Part shown: positions 30,776 to 39,508 of the stretch, piece by piece
How the letters are laid out: each line of letters opens with the position of its first letter
How positions within the stretch are numbered: the first letter of the stretch is position 1
DNA from: Pseudomonadota bacterium
GTDB lineage: Bacteria > Pseudomonadota > Gammaproteobacteria > JAADHS01
Length of the DNA stretch: 64,000 bases
Assembly (NCBI GenBank): GCA_021821045.1
Contig: JAKACW010000009.1
Coordinates: forward strand, 1,109-65,108
Reading direction: 5' to 3'
Made by a program: the position numbers and the translations under genes
The notes under the pieces: generated by a model
Databases searched by the model: none
What the model was told of the DNA's origin: nothing
Seen by the model: only the letters and a program-made list of their open reading frames with translations

Positions 30776-31807
30776 ATGAATGATTCGCCTCACGGGACGC
30801 TCGTGGTCGGGCCATCGTGGGTGGGTGACATGGTACTGGCGCAGAGCTTGTTCATGCAGCTCAAGAAGGACGCGCCTGGTACGCCCATCGATGTGCTGGC
30901 CCCGGCCTGGGCGGCGCCGCTGACCGCGCGCATGCCCGAGGTGTGTAGTGCGATCACCCTTGCGGTGGGCCACGGCGAACTCAAACTCGCGACCCGTTTT
31001 CGATTGGGCCGCCAGTTGCGCGCAAATCAGTACGGTCGCGCGATCGTGTTGCCCAATTCCCTGAAGTCGGCGCTGGTGCCGTTTTGGGCCGACATTCCGC
31101 GTCGCACAGGTTATCGCGGCGAGTGGCGTTACGGTTTGCTCAATGATGTCCGCAGCTTGGACAAAGCGCGTCTGCCAACGACCGTCAGCCGTTTCGTGGC
31201 GCTGGGGTTGGCGCCTGATCAACCTCCGCCCGATCCGTTGCCCACGCCGCGTTTGCGCATCGATGAGACAATGCGCCTGCAGGCGTTGAGCCGCTTGAAT
31301 ATCCCGAAACCGACCAAGCCCATCCTGGTGCTCTGTCCTGGTGCCGAATACGGCCCGGCCAAACGTTGGCCGGCCGACTATTTCGGCGCCGTCGCTCGGC
31401 ATCAATACAACGTCGGCTGGGAGGTGTGGTTGTTCGGGTCCGCCAAAGACGAGGCCATAACCGCGGAGGTGCAGAAGGCGGCCGGCGTGCCTTGCCTCGA
31501 TCTGGCGGGCAAGACCCAACTGGAAGACGCCGTCGATTTGATGTCACTGGCGTCCGCCGTGATCAGCAACGATTCGGGCCTGATGCATATCGCCGCGGCC
31601 TTGGATCGACCGCTGGTGGCGGTGTACGGTTCATCCGATCCGGGCTTCACGCCGCCCATGTCCACGCGCGCCCGCATCGAGCGGCTGGGTTTGTCGTGCA
31701 GTCCATGTTTTAAGCGCGAGTGTCCGTTCGGACACTACAATTGTTTGGTCGAGCTAAGACCCGAGCGAGTCATCGCGGCATTGAATCAGTTGGATATCGC
31801 GGCATGA
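30776..31807 (+). CDS. waaF: ADP-heptose:LPS heptosyltransferase II WaaF (GT9)
   Basis: LVVGPSWVGDMVLAQSLFMQLKK matches the WaaF N-terminus ILVIGPSWVGDMMMSQSLY. GT9 motifs run throughout. Confidence 0.9.
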   Translation: MNDSPHGTLVVGPSWVGDMVLAQSLFMQLKKDAPGTPIDVLAPAWAAPLTARMPEVCSAITLAVGHGELKLATRFRLGRQLRANQYGRAIVLPNSLKSALVPFWADIPRRTGYRGEWRYGLLNDVRSLDKARLPTTVSRFVALGLAPDQPPPDPLPTPRLRIDETMRLQALSRLNIPKPTKPILVLCPGAEYGPAKRWPADYFGAVARHQYNVGWEVWLFGSAKDEAITAEVQKAAGVPCLDLAGKTQLEDAVDLMSLASAVISNDSGLMHIAAALDRPLVAVYGSSDPGFTPPMSTRARIERLGLSCSPCFKRECPFGHYNCLVELRPERVIAALNQLDIAA

Positions 31808-32832
31808 AAGTGTTGCTGGTCAAAATGTCCTCTTTCGGGGATCTGATCCACACCCTGCCGGCGGTGACCGATGCCGTGCGCGCCGTTCCCGGTCTCAAGC
31901 TGCATTGGGTGGTGGAAGAAAATCTGGCGCAGATTCCCACTTGGCACTACGGCGTCGAGAAGATTCATCCGGCGGCGTTTCGACGCTGGAAGAAAACGCC
32001 GCTGCATACCCTGTTCGGCGACGAATGGCGGGCGTTTCGCGAACAGCTTGCCAAGGAAGAATACGACGTCATCGTCGACGCTCAAGGTTTGATGAAAAGC
32101 GCCTGGGTGACGCGCATCGCCCGCGGCAAGACGCGTTGGGGTTTCGACGTGCACACCGCGCGGGAAAAACTCGCCGCCATGGCCTACGATCATACCGTCA
32201 AGGCCGAGTATTACATCATCCCCCGTTTGCGCCGTTTGATGGCCGCGGCGTTGGGTTATCCGCTTGACGAGAAAGGGTGCGACTATGGCATCGCCAATCG
32301 TCATTTCCCCGGCGATGACCGGCCGCGCCAGCCTTATGTGGTATTCGCCCACGGTACGACTTGGCCTAACAAGCTATGGCCATTGCGGCATTGGGTTGAC
32401 TTGGCAAGGCGGGTGAACGAAGGGGGCTACATGGTGTGTCTGCCATGGGGCAACGTCGCCGAACGCGAGCGCGCCAGCCACATCGCCCGAGAATGCGACC
32501 GGGCCGAGGTGTTGCCCGAGATGTCGCTGGACGGTATGGCGGCGGTGATTCAAAGCGCGTACGGTTTGGTCGGCGTGGATACCGGCTTCACCCATTTGGC
32601 CGCCGCACTGGAGGTGCCGTCGGTTGGGGTGTTTGGTCCGACGGTGCCGCCGTTGCCGGGCGAGCGTGATAATAAGCAGCGTTACCTCGTGGCCGACTTT
32701 CAGTGTGCGCCCTGCTTTAAGCGCCAATGCGCTTACGACGGTCCGACGGAAGTGATTCCGGCCTGCTACGGCGCCTTGACGCCGCAGCGCGTGTGGGACG
32801 CTTTGCGGGAGGAACTCGATGCCAATGAGTGA
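31804..32832 (+). CDS. waaC: ADP-heptose:LPS heptosyltransferase I WaaC (GT9). Start at ATG 31804 overlaps the waaF stop (ATGA).
   Basis: MKVLLVKMSSFGDLIHTLPAVTDA is a WaaC-type N-terminus. The track ORF from 31720 adds 28 non-homologous codons. Confidence 0.88.
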   Translation: MKVLLVKMSSFGDLIHTLPAVTDAVRAVPGLKLHWVVEENLAQIPTWHYGVEKIHPAAFRRWKKTPLHTLFGDEWRAFREQLAKEEYDVIVDAQGLMKSAWVTRIARGKTRWGFDVHTAREKLAAMAYDHTVKAEYYIIPRLRRLMAAALGYPLDEKGCDYGIANRHFPGDDRPRQPYVVFAHGTTWPNKLWPLRHWVDLARRVNEGGYMVCLPWGNVAERERASHIARECDRAEVLPEMSLDGMAAVIQSAYGLVGVDTGFTHLAAALEVPSVGVFGPTVPPLPGERDNKQRYLVADFQCAPCFKRQCAYDGPTEVIPACYGALTPQRVWDALREELDANE

Positions 32833-33583
32833 GCGCCAACCCGTGTCTGCCGTGATCATTACGCTCAATGTGGCCAACGTGCTCGAGGCGTGCCTCAAGA
32901 GCGTGGCGTTCGCCGACGAAATCGTCATCGTGGACTGCGGCAGCAATGACGCTACGCTGGATATTGCCAAGACTTACACCGAGCGCATCGTGCATCAACC
33001 GTGGCTGGGCTACGGCTTGCAAAAGCAATTCGCCGTGCGCCGCGCCAAGCATCCCTGGGTATTGTGCGTCGATGCCGACGAGCGGATCAGCGACGCGTTG
33101 CGCGCCAGCATCGAACGGGAACTTGCCGCGCCGAAATTCAACGCCTACGAAATGCCGCGCTGCAACCGCTTCATGGGACGCTGGCTGCGCCATGGCGAAG
33201 GCTATCCAGACTACAACCTGCGCCTGTTCCATAGCAAACACGCACAATGGAGCGACGATGAGATCCACGAGCACGTGGTCGCGCAGGGCGCGGTCGGTCG
33301 CTTGGAGGGCGATTTGCTGCACGAGTCGGAAGAGACTCTGGCCCAGTATCTGGATAAGCAGAATCGGTATACGACACTGCAAGCCAAGAAGCTCGTGGAT
33401 CAGGGCAAAACAGTCACTACTGCTCAATTGCTGTTAAGCCCGCTGGTTCGTTTCGTGAAGTTCTATTTCCTGCGTCGCGGCTTCCTAGACGGCGTGCCGG
33501 GGTTGGTGCACATCGCGATTGGTTGCTTCAATTCTTTTATCAAATACGCCAAGGCAATGGCGTTGACGCGGCGGGCGTCGTGA
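32819..33583 (+). CDS. Family 2 glycosyltransferase, LPS core WaaE/KdtX-like
   Basis: VSAVIITLNVANVLEACLKSV...VIVDCGSNDATLDIAK...VLCVDADE (GT2 DxD). At 254 aa it is the same size as WaaE. Confidence 0.8.
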   Translation: MPMSERQPVSAVIITLNVANVLEACLKSVAFADEIVIVDCGSNDATLDIAKTYTERIVHQPWLGYGLQKQFAVRRAKHPWVLCVDADERISDALRASIERELAAPKFNAYEMPRCNRFMGRWLRHGEGYPDYNLRLFHSKHAQWSDDEIHEHVVAQGAVGRLEGDLLHESEETLAQYLDKQNRYTTLQAKKLVDQGKTVTTAQLLLSPLVRFVKFYFLRRGFLDGVPGLVHIAIGCFNSFIKYAKAMALTRRAS

Positions 33584-34626
33584 CAGGCGCGTCGGCAACA
33601 TTACGCAATGATGCGCGGATATTGGTTATTATCGTCGCGCGCATTGGCGACACCTTGTTGGTTACGCCGGCATTGCGGGCGCTCAAGGCCGCCGCGCCCA
33701 ATGGAAAGCTGACCGTGCTGGCTCATCCTAAACGGGCGGAGGTGCTGCGTAACCTTCCGTTCATCGACCAGCTCGGGGCGATTACCAAGCATCGAGCGCG
33801 GATCATGGGTTGGATCGGGCGCAATCGATACGATCACGCCATTGTTTATGGGAACGACCACGCGTTGCTCGAGTACGCGTTGCGAGTGTCGCGCCATGTT
33901 GTGGCGTTTCGCGGTTCAGCGAAGCGTAGTGCGCGGAAAATCGACTGGCTGGATGAACCGAACGCACCGATGCACGCGGTGGATCATCGCGCTCTGGTGC
34001 TGGGCCCGCTGGGGGTAACGCTAAGCGACAAACGGTTGGCGTATCAAGTCACCTCTGGCGAGGGCGTCGCGGCGAAGGAGTGGCTGCGGAGTCACTTTAA
34101 AGCGCAGCCCCATCCCCTGATTGCGCTGCAACTGGTGAGTTTTCCGACCAAGCAGTACCGAGATTGGGGCGCCGCTAATTTCACCGAACTGATGTCGCGC
34201 ATCCTCGAGCACCACCCAAACGCGGGCTTCCTATTGCTGGGCGGTCCGAGCGATTTGCCGCAGGTCCAACCGGTGGCGCAACAGTTTGGCGAACGTTGCG
34301 CGATCGCAGCGGGCGCGACGACCTTGCGGGAATCGGCGGCACTGATTGCGCACAGCGATTTATATGTTGGCGTCGACACCGGGCCGACCCATCTTGCCGG
34401 AGCCCTGGGCGTGCCCATGGTGGCGCTTTACCACTGTGCCCATCCGGGACGGAACTTGATTCCGCTGCAGAACCCGCGCCTGCGCTACATCGAGCATCCC
34501 TCCACCAATGCGCCCGGTGCGGCGATCGAAAAGACGTCCATGAGCGACATCAGTGTAGAGGAGGTCTGGCAAGCGGTGTCAGAGTTGCTGGCGGGGCCGG
34601 TGAACGTCCGGAAGATTCATGTCTAG
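33580..34626 (+). CDS. GT9-family LPS heptosyltransferase (WaaQ-like). Probable GTG start overlaps the previous stop (GTGA).
   Basis: ILVIIVARIGDTLLVTPALRALKAA is a GT9 N-terminal motif, with the C-terminal GVDTGPTHLAGALGVPMVALY. The track ORF starts at 33523, inside the upstream gene. Confidence 0.75.
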   Translation: MTGASATLRNDARILVIIVARIGDTLLVTPALRALKAAAPNGKLTVLAHPKRAEVLRNLPFIDQLGAITKHRARIMGWIGRNRYDHAIVYGNDHALLEYALRVSRHVVAFRGSAKRSARKIDWLDEPNAPMHAVDHRALVLGPLGVTLSDKRLAYQVTSGEGVAAKEWLRSHFKAQPHPLIALQLVSFPTKQYRDWGAANFTELMSRILEHHPNAGFLLLGGPSDLPQVQPVAQQFGERCAIAAGATTLRESAALIAHSDLYVGVDTGPTHLAGALGVPMVALYHCAHPGRNLIPLQNPRLRYIEHPSTNAPGAAIEKTSMSDISVEEVWQAVSELLAGPVNVRKIHV

Positions 34627-34641
34627 CGCGGGGCGAGCATC

Positions 34642-36534
34642 ATGTGCGGCATTGTCGGCTACGTAGGGCTGGACGCAAATAACTTTGATCTCGACGGTGC
34701 AGTGCGCGGCTTGCATCATCGCGGACCCGATGAGCAGGGACGCTGGATCGCAGACGGTGTCGGTCTGGGCCATACGCGCCTATCCATCATCGATCTATCG
34801 GGCGGTCAGCAACCGATGCGCAGCGACGACGGCCGCTATTGTCTCGTTTACAACGGTGAAGTGTATAACTTCCCCGACCTTCGCAAAGACCTCGAGTCTA
34901 CAGGCGTTGCTTTTCGCAGCCACTGCGATACCGAGGTCATTTTGCGCTTGTTTATCCGTGATGGGTTCGAGCGCTGTCTGAAACGCCTGCGCGGGATGTT
35001 CGCTTTCGCGCTGTGGGACAACGTCGAGAAGACGTTGTTTCTGGCGCGGGATCGGCTGGGCGTGAAGCCGCTGGTTTACAGCGAAAACGAGCGCGGATTC
35101 ATTTTCGGATCGGAGATCGGCGCGCTGTTCGCGTTGGACAAGGCCTTGTCGCGGCAGCCTGACCTGCAGGCTATCGATCATTACATGACGTATCAATACA
35201 TACCCGCGCCGCTGTCCGGCTTCCGCTCTGTGAGAAAGTTGCCGCCCGCTCATGCCATGATCGTCCAGAACGGTCGGGTGGCCAAACTATGGTGCTATTG
35301 GGACGTGAATGCGACCAAGCGGTCGGGCCTGTCGCTCGAGGACGCGCAAGAGGCGTTGCGCGAAAAATTTCTGGAAGCGACGCGGATTCGCCTGGTGAGC
35401 GACGTGCCGCTCGGAGCGTTTCTCTCGGGCGGCATCGATTCAAGCATCACCGTCGCAGCTATGACGCGCTTGATGACGAGCCCGGTTAAGACCTTCGCCG
35501 TAGGTTTCGAGGAGCAGAAGTTCAATGAACTGCCTTACGCCCGCGCGATCGCCAACCACTTGAATACGCAGCACCATGAGTTAGTTGTGAAAGCGGACGC
35601 GTTCGCGGTGCTGCCCACCCTCGTCGAACATCTTGGCGAGCCCATGGCCGACAACTCCGTGATCCCGACCTACTTCGTGGCGAAGGCGGCGCGCCAGCAT
35701 GTGACCGTCGCATTGACCGGAGACGGCGCCGACGAGGCGTTTGGTGGCTATCGGCGTTTCTACGACATGAAGCTGTTGGCGGATTTGAGGCAGCTCGGTT
35801 TGACCGCAGCATGGCGCGCAGGTCGCAAGGTGAGTGTGCGGCTCGAGGGCTTGCTTAACAAGCGGCGATGTCACTTGCGCTTTCCCGCCAATCGCTTCGA
35901 TGAAGCGTTGTCCATGGCGGGCAATAGGCGATACAAACACCTCATGGCGTTTTTCAGCGACGGAGACAAAGCATCGTTGTATCGAACTGAGTTTGGCGAA
36001 CAGATTCACGTCGATGGCAGCGATCGCTATTTCGACGAGAGATGGGCGGAGATCGGTGGTTCAGACCCATTGAACCGGTTCCTTTTGTTCTACCTCAAGA
36101 CGTATCTCCCGGAGGACATATTGGTCAAAGTTGACATAGCCAGTATGTCGACCGCGCTGGAATGCCGGTCGCCGTTTCTTGATCACGAGTTGATCGAGTT
36201 CGCGGCAAGTCTTCCCGGAAATTACAAGGTCGGCCCGCGCGGGCGCTCCAAGTGGATTCTCAAGGAAGCGTTCAAGGACTGGTTGCCGGAAAACTTCATG
36301 AATCGGAAGAAGCAAGGGTTTTCGTCGCCGGTCGGCGACTGGCTGCGCGGCGACTTGGCACCGCTTCTGCAGGAACGATTGATTGCGGAAAAGCGACTGG
36401 CGATTTGGTTCAAGCAAGACAAGATTGAATCGTATGTCGCGGATCATTTGAGTGGAAAGCGAACGGAGAGCCGTAAGCTATGGTCGCTGTTGGTGTTGGC
36501 CGAGTGGCTGGAGCGCTACTCCGTCGCGGCGTAG
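34642..36534 (+). CDS. Asparagine synthetase family glutamine amidotransferase (AsnB-like), embedded in the LPS core cluster
   Basis: MCGIVGYVG has the N-terminal nucleophile Cys2. The PP-loop SGGIDSS is present, and it is 630 aa. Confidence 0.85.
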   Translation: MCGIVGYVGLDANNFDLDGAVRGLHHRGPDEQGRWIADGVGLGHTRLSIIDLSGGQQPMRSDDGRYCLVYNGEVYNFPDLRKDLESTGVAFRSHCDTEVILRLFIRDGFERCLKRLRGMFAFALWDNVEKTLFLARDRLGVKPLVYSENERGFIFGSEIGALFALDKALSRQPDLQAIDHYMTYQYIPAPLSGFRSVRKLPPAHAMIVQNGRVAKLWCYWDVNATKRSGLSLEDAQEALREKFLEATRIRLVSDVPLGAFLSGGIDSSITVAAMTRLMTSPVKTFAVGFEEQKFNELPYARAIANHLNTQHHELVVKADAFAVLPTLVEHLGEPMADNSVIPTYFVAKAARQHVTVALTGDGADEAFGGYRRFYDMKLLADLRQLGLTAAWRAGRKVSVRLEGLLNKRRCHLRFPANRFDEALSMAGNRRYKHLMAFFSDGDKASLYRTEFGEQIHVDGSDRYFDERWAEIGGSDPLNRFLLFYLKTYLPEDILVKVDIASMSTALECRSPFLDHELIEFAASLPGNYKVGPRGRSKWILKEAFKDWLPENFMNRKKQGFSSPVGDWLRGDLAPLLQERLIAEKRLAIWFKQDKIESYVADHLSGKRTESRKLWSLLVLAEWLERYSVAA

Positions 36535-36604
36535 GGTGCACCGACGTCAAGCGGTCGACCGCGCATGTTACAATTCGCGCATATTTTGTACGCCAGGTTT
36601 TTGA

Positions 36605-37813
36605 GTGGCGGAGAGGGCAGCGAAGGTGTCGCGCGGGTTAAGAGTGCTTTATGTTTTTCCGGAGCCATTTCCAAATGACTTCGCGCGCGGCGTGCAAGTG
36701 GCGCACAGCGTGTGTGCGCTGGCTCATCAATGCGTGGCCGTGGACTTTTACCATGTGTCCTGCGGCGATGCGGATCCGTTTGCGCACTACGGATTGAAAA
36801 AGCCTGACAATGTCACTCTCGTCGAGGGTTCGCGGCGTTTGCCTGGGCCGTTAGGTTTGCTGCCGTTCCACTCCAATCGGTTTTTCAGCCGCGGTCTTAT
36901 CGCGTGGTTGAACGCGAAATTGGCCAGCGCGGATAAGCCGGATTTGATCTACTTGCGCCACGTCAAAGTCGCGGCGGCGCTGGTGCGGGCGAATATTCCG
37001 CTGCCGATCATCTATGAAGCCCATGAACTGTTCGCGCAAACGGCCAAGCCCAGTCAACGGCAGCGTATCGAAATGCTCGAGCGCGATGTGATACGGGGCG
37101 CGGCGGCGATTGTTGCCAATTCGTCGGCAACCGCCCAGCGGCTCAATGCCCATTATCAGTTGAATCGCACCATCGATGTGGTGCCCAACGGTGTTGCCGA
37201 CGTAACTATCGCAGCGCGGAAAAACTGGGACGATGCGGCGAGGTCCGTTGTTTATGCAGGCAGTTTTTACCAGTGGAAGGGTGTTGAGGATCTCGTTAGA
37301 GCGGCCAATCGCTTGCCGGGATTTCGATTTACCGTCATCGGCGGCAACGACGAACAGATTGGCGCGATGCGCGCGCTGCTCGCGTCCGGCGGCGCAGAGG
37401 TCAAATTTACCGGCCGCATGCCTCATAAGGATGTCGTGGCGAAACTCGCGGAAAGCTGTATTGCGGTTCTGCCCAACCGGGTCGCGCCGGACAGTGACTA
37501 TACTTGTCCTTTGAAGCTGCTCGAGTACATGATGGCGGGCTGCGCAGTCGTGGCGACCAAAATCCCGTCCGTAATGGATCTGGTGGCTGAGGACGTGGTG
37601 ATGTGGGCCAATCCAAACGATCCGGAGAGTTTGGCGCAGGCGATCAAGTATCTGGCGGACAACCATCTAGCGGCCCGCGAAATGAGTGCCCGGGCTGTGG
37701 AACGTGCTAAAGACTTTACATGGGATGGGCGCGCGAAACGAATTGTGGAGGTAATTCACAGCGTTTTACGGGCCAGACAACCGGCGGCGGCAGGAGGGCG
37801 GTTAACGACATGA
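36605..37813 (+). CDS. GT4 (group 1) glycosyltransferase. The exact start is uncertain.
   Basis: LRVLYVFPEPFPNDFARGVQVAHSVCALA has the GT4 N-terminal pattern. The C-terminal EX7E-type region is VLPNRVAPDSDYTCPLKLLEYMMAGCAVVAT. Confidence 0.75.
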   Translation: MAERAAKVSRGLRVLYVFPEPFPNDFARGVQVAHSVCALAHQCVAVDFYHVSCGDADPFAHYGLKKPDNVTLVEGSRRLPGPLGLLPFHSNRFFSRGLIAWLNAKLASADKPDLIYLRHVKVAAALVRANIPLPIIYEAHELFAQTAKPSQRQRIEMLERDVIRGAAAIVANSSATAQRLNAHYQLNRTIDVVPNGVADVTIAARKNWDDAARSVVYAGSFYQWKGVEDLVRAANRLPGFRFTVIGGNDEQIGAMRALLASGGAEVKFTGRMPHKDVVAKLAESCIAVLPNRVAPDSDYTCPLKLLEYMMAGCAVVATKIPSVMDLVAEDVVMWANPNDPESLAQAIKYLADNHLAAREMSARAVERAKDFTWDGRAKRIVEVIHSVLRARQPAAAGGRLTT

Positions 37814-38892
37814 ATTTGCGGAATCCCCGAAGAATACTCATCATCCGCCGCGACAACATCGGCGATTTGATTTGTACGACGCCGTTGTTCCGCGCGTTGC
37901 GGGAAACGTTTCCGCACGCTTATATCGCCGCCTTGGTCAACAGCTACAACGCGCCCGTGTTGGCGGGCAATGAGGCCGTCGATCGCGTGTTCGTCTACAC
38001 CAAAGCCAAGCACGCGTCCTCGCCCGTCGATGCAGTGAAGGCGCTGGCGGCGCGCTTGGGACTCTATTGGAACATGCGCCGCGAAAAGTTCGACGTGGCC
38101 ATCGCGGCGGGATCATGTGCCGCGCCGCGCGCCGTCAGGTTGGCGCGCTTGGCGGGCGCGAAGACAGTCGTCGGTTATGACGATCCCAACGCGCGCGGCC
38201 CACGACCGGATGCCCTGCTTGCGGCGACGGACGCGCACGGGCGCCATGAAGTGGAAAACGTCTACGCCCTTGCGGCGTCCCTGGGCGTCTCGATGCCCAT
38301 ACCAAAAATGGAAATCTTTCCCGACGAAGACATGCGTCGCCAAATCTGCCACCGATTGGGCGACACCGGCGCGCAATGTCCGTCCGGCCAAATGACCATC
38401 GGCGTGCACATTAGCGCCCGCAAGCCAACTCAGCGCTGGCCGGAGGAGCGTTTCGTGCAGCTCTTGCGCGAGATCACCGCCAGCCCGTATGTGCGCGTCT
38501 TGTTGTTCTGGGCGCCGGGTGACGAATCCAACGCCCAGCATCCGGGCGATAACCAAAAAGCGGAGCGCATACTCAGCGCCATATCAAACGCGGCGGTCCA
38601 TCCTTGTCCGACCAACCGGTTGGAAGAGTTGATCGCCGGCCTATCATTATGCGACTACGTCATCTGCAGCGACGGCGGCGCCATGCACATCGCCGCCGCG
38701 CTGGGCAAACCCATCGTTTGTTTGTTTGGCCAATCCGACGCAACCCGCTGGTATCCCTGGGGCGTGCCGCACACGATCTTGCAGCCGGCGTCGCGAGATG
38801 TGAAAGATGTGACGGTAAATGAAGTGGTTAGCGCGTATCGCCAACTGATCTCGCCGTTGGGCGGGGTGAGCGAAAGCCGATTCGTAAGGTAG
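37810..38892 (+). CDS. GT9-family heptosyltransferase. Start at ATG 37810 overlaps the previous stop (ATGA).
   Basis: MNLRNPRRILIIRRDNIGDLICTTPLFRALRETFP, with the C-terminal SDGGAMHIAAALGKPIVCLFG. Confidence 0.8.
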   Translation: MNLRNPRRILIIRRDNIGDLICTTPLFRALRETFPHAYIAALVNSYNAPVLAGNEAVDRVFVYTKAKHASSPVDAVKALAARLGLYWNMRREKFDVAIAAGSCAAPRAVRLARLAGAKTVVGYDDPNARGPRPDALLAATDAHGRHEVENVYALAASLGVSMPIPKMEIFPDEDMRRQICHRLGDTGAQCPSGQMTIGVHISARKPTQRWPEERFVQLLREITASPYVRVLLFWAPGDESNAQHPGDNQKAERILSAISNAAVHPCPTNRLEELIAGLSLCDYVICSDGGAMHIAAALGKPIVCLFGQSDATRWYPWGVPHTILQPASRDVKDVTVNEVVSAYRQLISPLGGVSESRFVR

Positions 38893-39278
38893 AGGCGCCG
38901 TAATACGAAGCACCTTTCCATCCGGACAGACCCGGTATACAGGCCGCGGCGGACAAACAACTCACTTCCAGTGGACGGGCCACCCGCACAGAATTGCCGA
39001 TCGCCTTGAGTAAATCGAAAATCGGGTCGCACCGCAGTAACACCGCGAAACGATTAAAGAATTAGGCCAGAAACGGCCCGAAAAAGAGGCTTAGAATTGA
39101 TTTTTGAAGGCAAGAAAGCGATTTAGGAAATGAACGGGGTCGGGTCAGAGACATTTCTCCCGGAAGGGGTCAGAGGCGTTTAGCGAAAGACTGACACGCC
39201 GCCGCGTCGCGAGCTGACAGAGCGCCGGTTGAGAGAAGAATAAAGTGAAGACGGAGCGATATTTAAGGAGCCGTCTTC

Positions 39279-39362
39279 ATGGCGAGAAAGCCGAGATGTG
39301 TTGTGCCGGGTTATCCGCAGCATGTGACGCAGCGGGGGAATAACCGTCAGGCGTGGTCGATT
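39279..39362 (+). pseudogene. 5' remnant of a REP-associated tyrosine transposase (RAYT / TnpA_REP, IS200/IS605 Y1 family), truncated by REP units
   Basis: MARKPRCVVPGYPQHVTQRGNNRQA matches the RAYT N-terminus (MSRLPRLNLPGVPQHVIQRGNNRQA in the E. coli RAYT). Homology stops exactly where the first REP unit (GTGGGAGCGAATTCCTTTCGCGAT, 39363) begins. An RBS-sequestering hairpin GAAGACGG...AAGGAG...CCGTCTTC precedes the ATG. Confidence 0.75.
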
Positions 39363-39497
39363 GTGGGAGCGAATTCCTTTCGCGATTTGAATCGGCGCGG
39401 GCGCTGCTTCGGGCGAAGAATCGCGAAAGGATTCGCTCCCACGGAAGAATGGGGTCGGAGATTCCTCGAAGAATCGCGGTTGAAACCGCTCCTACGG
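39363..39497. repeat. REP cluster (3 units, a divergent variant with AATTCCTTTC loop) that truncates the RAYT gene
   Basis: GTGGGAGCGAATTCCTTTCGCGAT, GAAGAATCGCGAAAGGATTCGCTCCCAC, GAAGAATCGCGGTTGAAACCGCTCCTAC. Confidence 0.88.
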
Positions 39498-39508
39498 TTG
39501 AGCCATCT

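Noticed and set aside
30537-30779. ORFs encoding repeated WERIIPR / GADHSAI / GAVSYRDSS peptides (also 21045..21347+, 21836..22060-, 29157..30227-, 30333..30815-, 30512..31519-)
   Set aside because: These are literal translations of REP palindromic units in different frames, not proteins.
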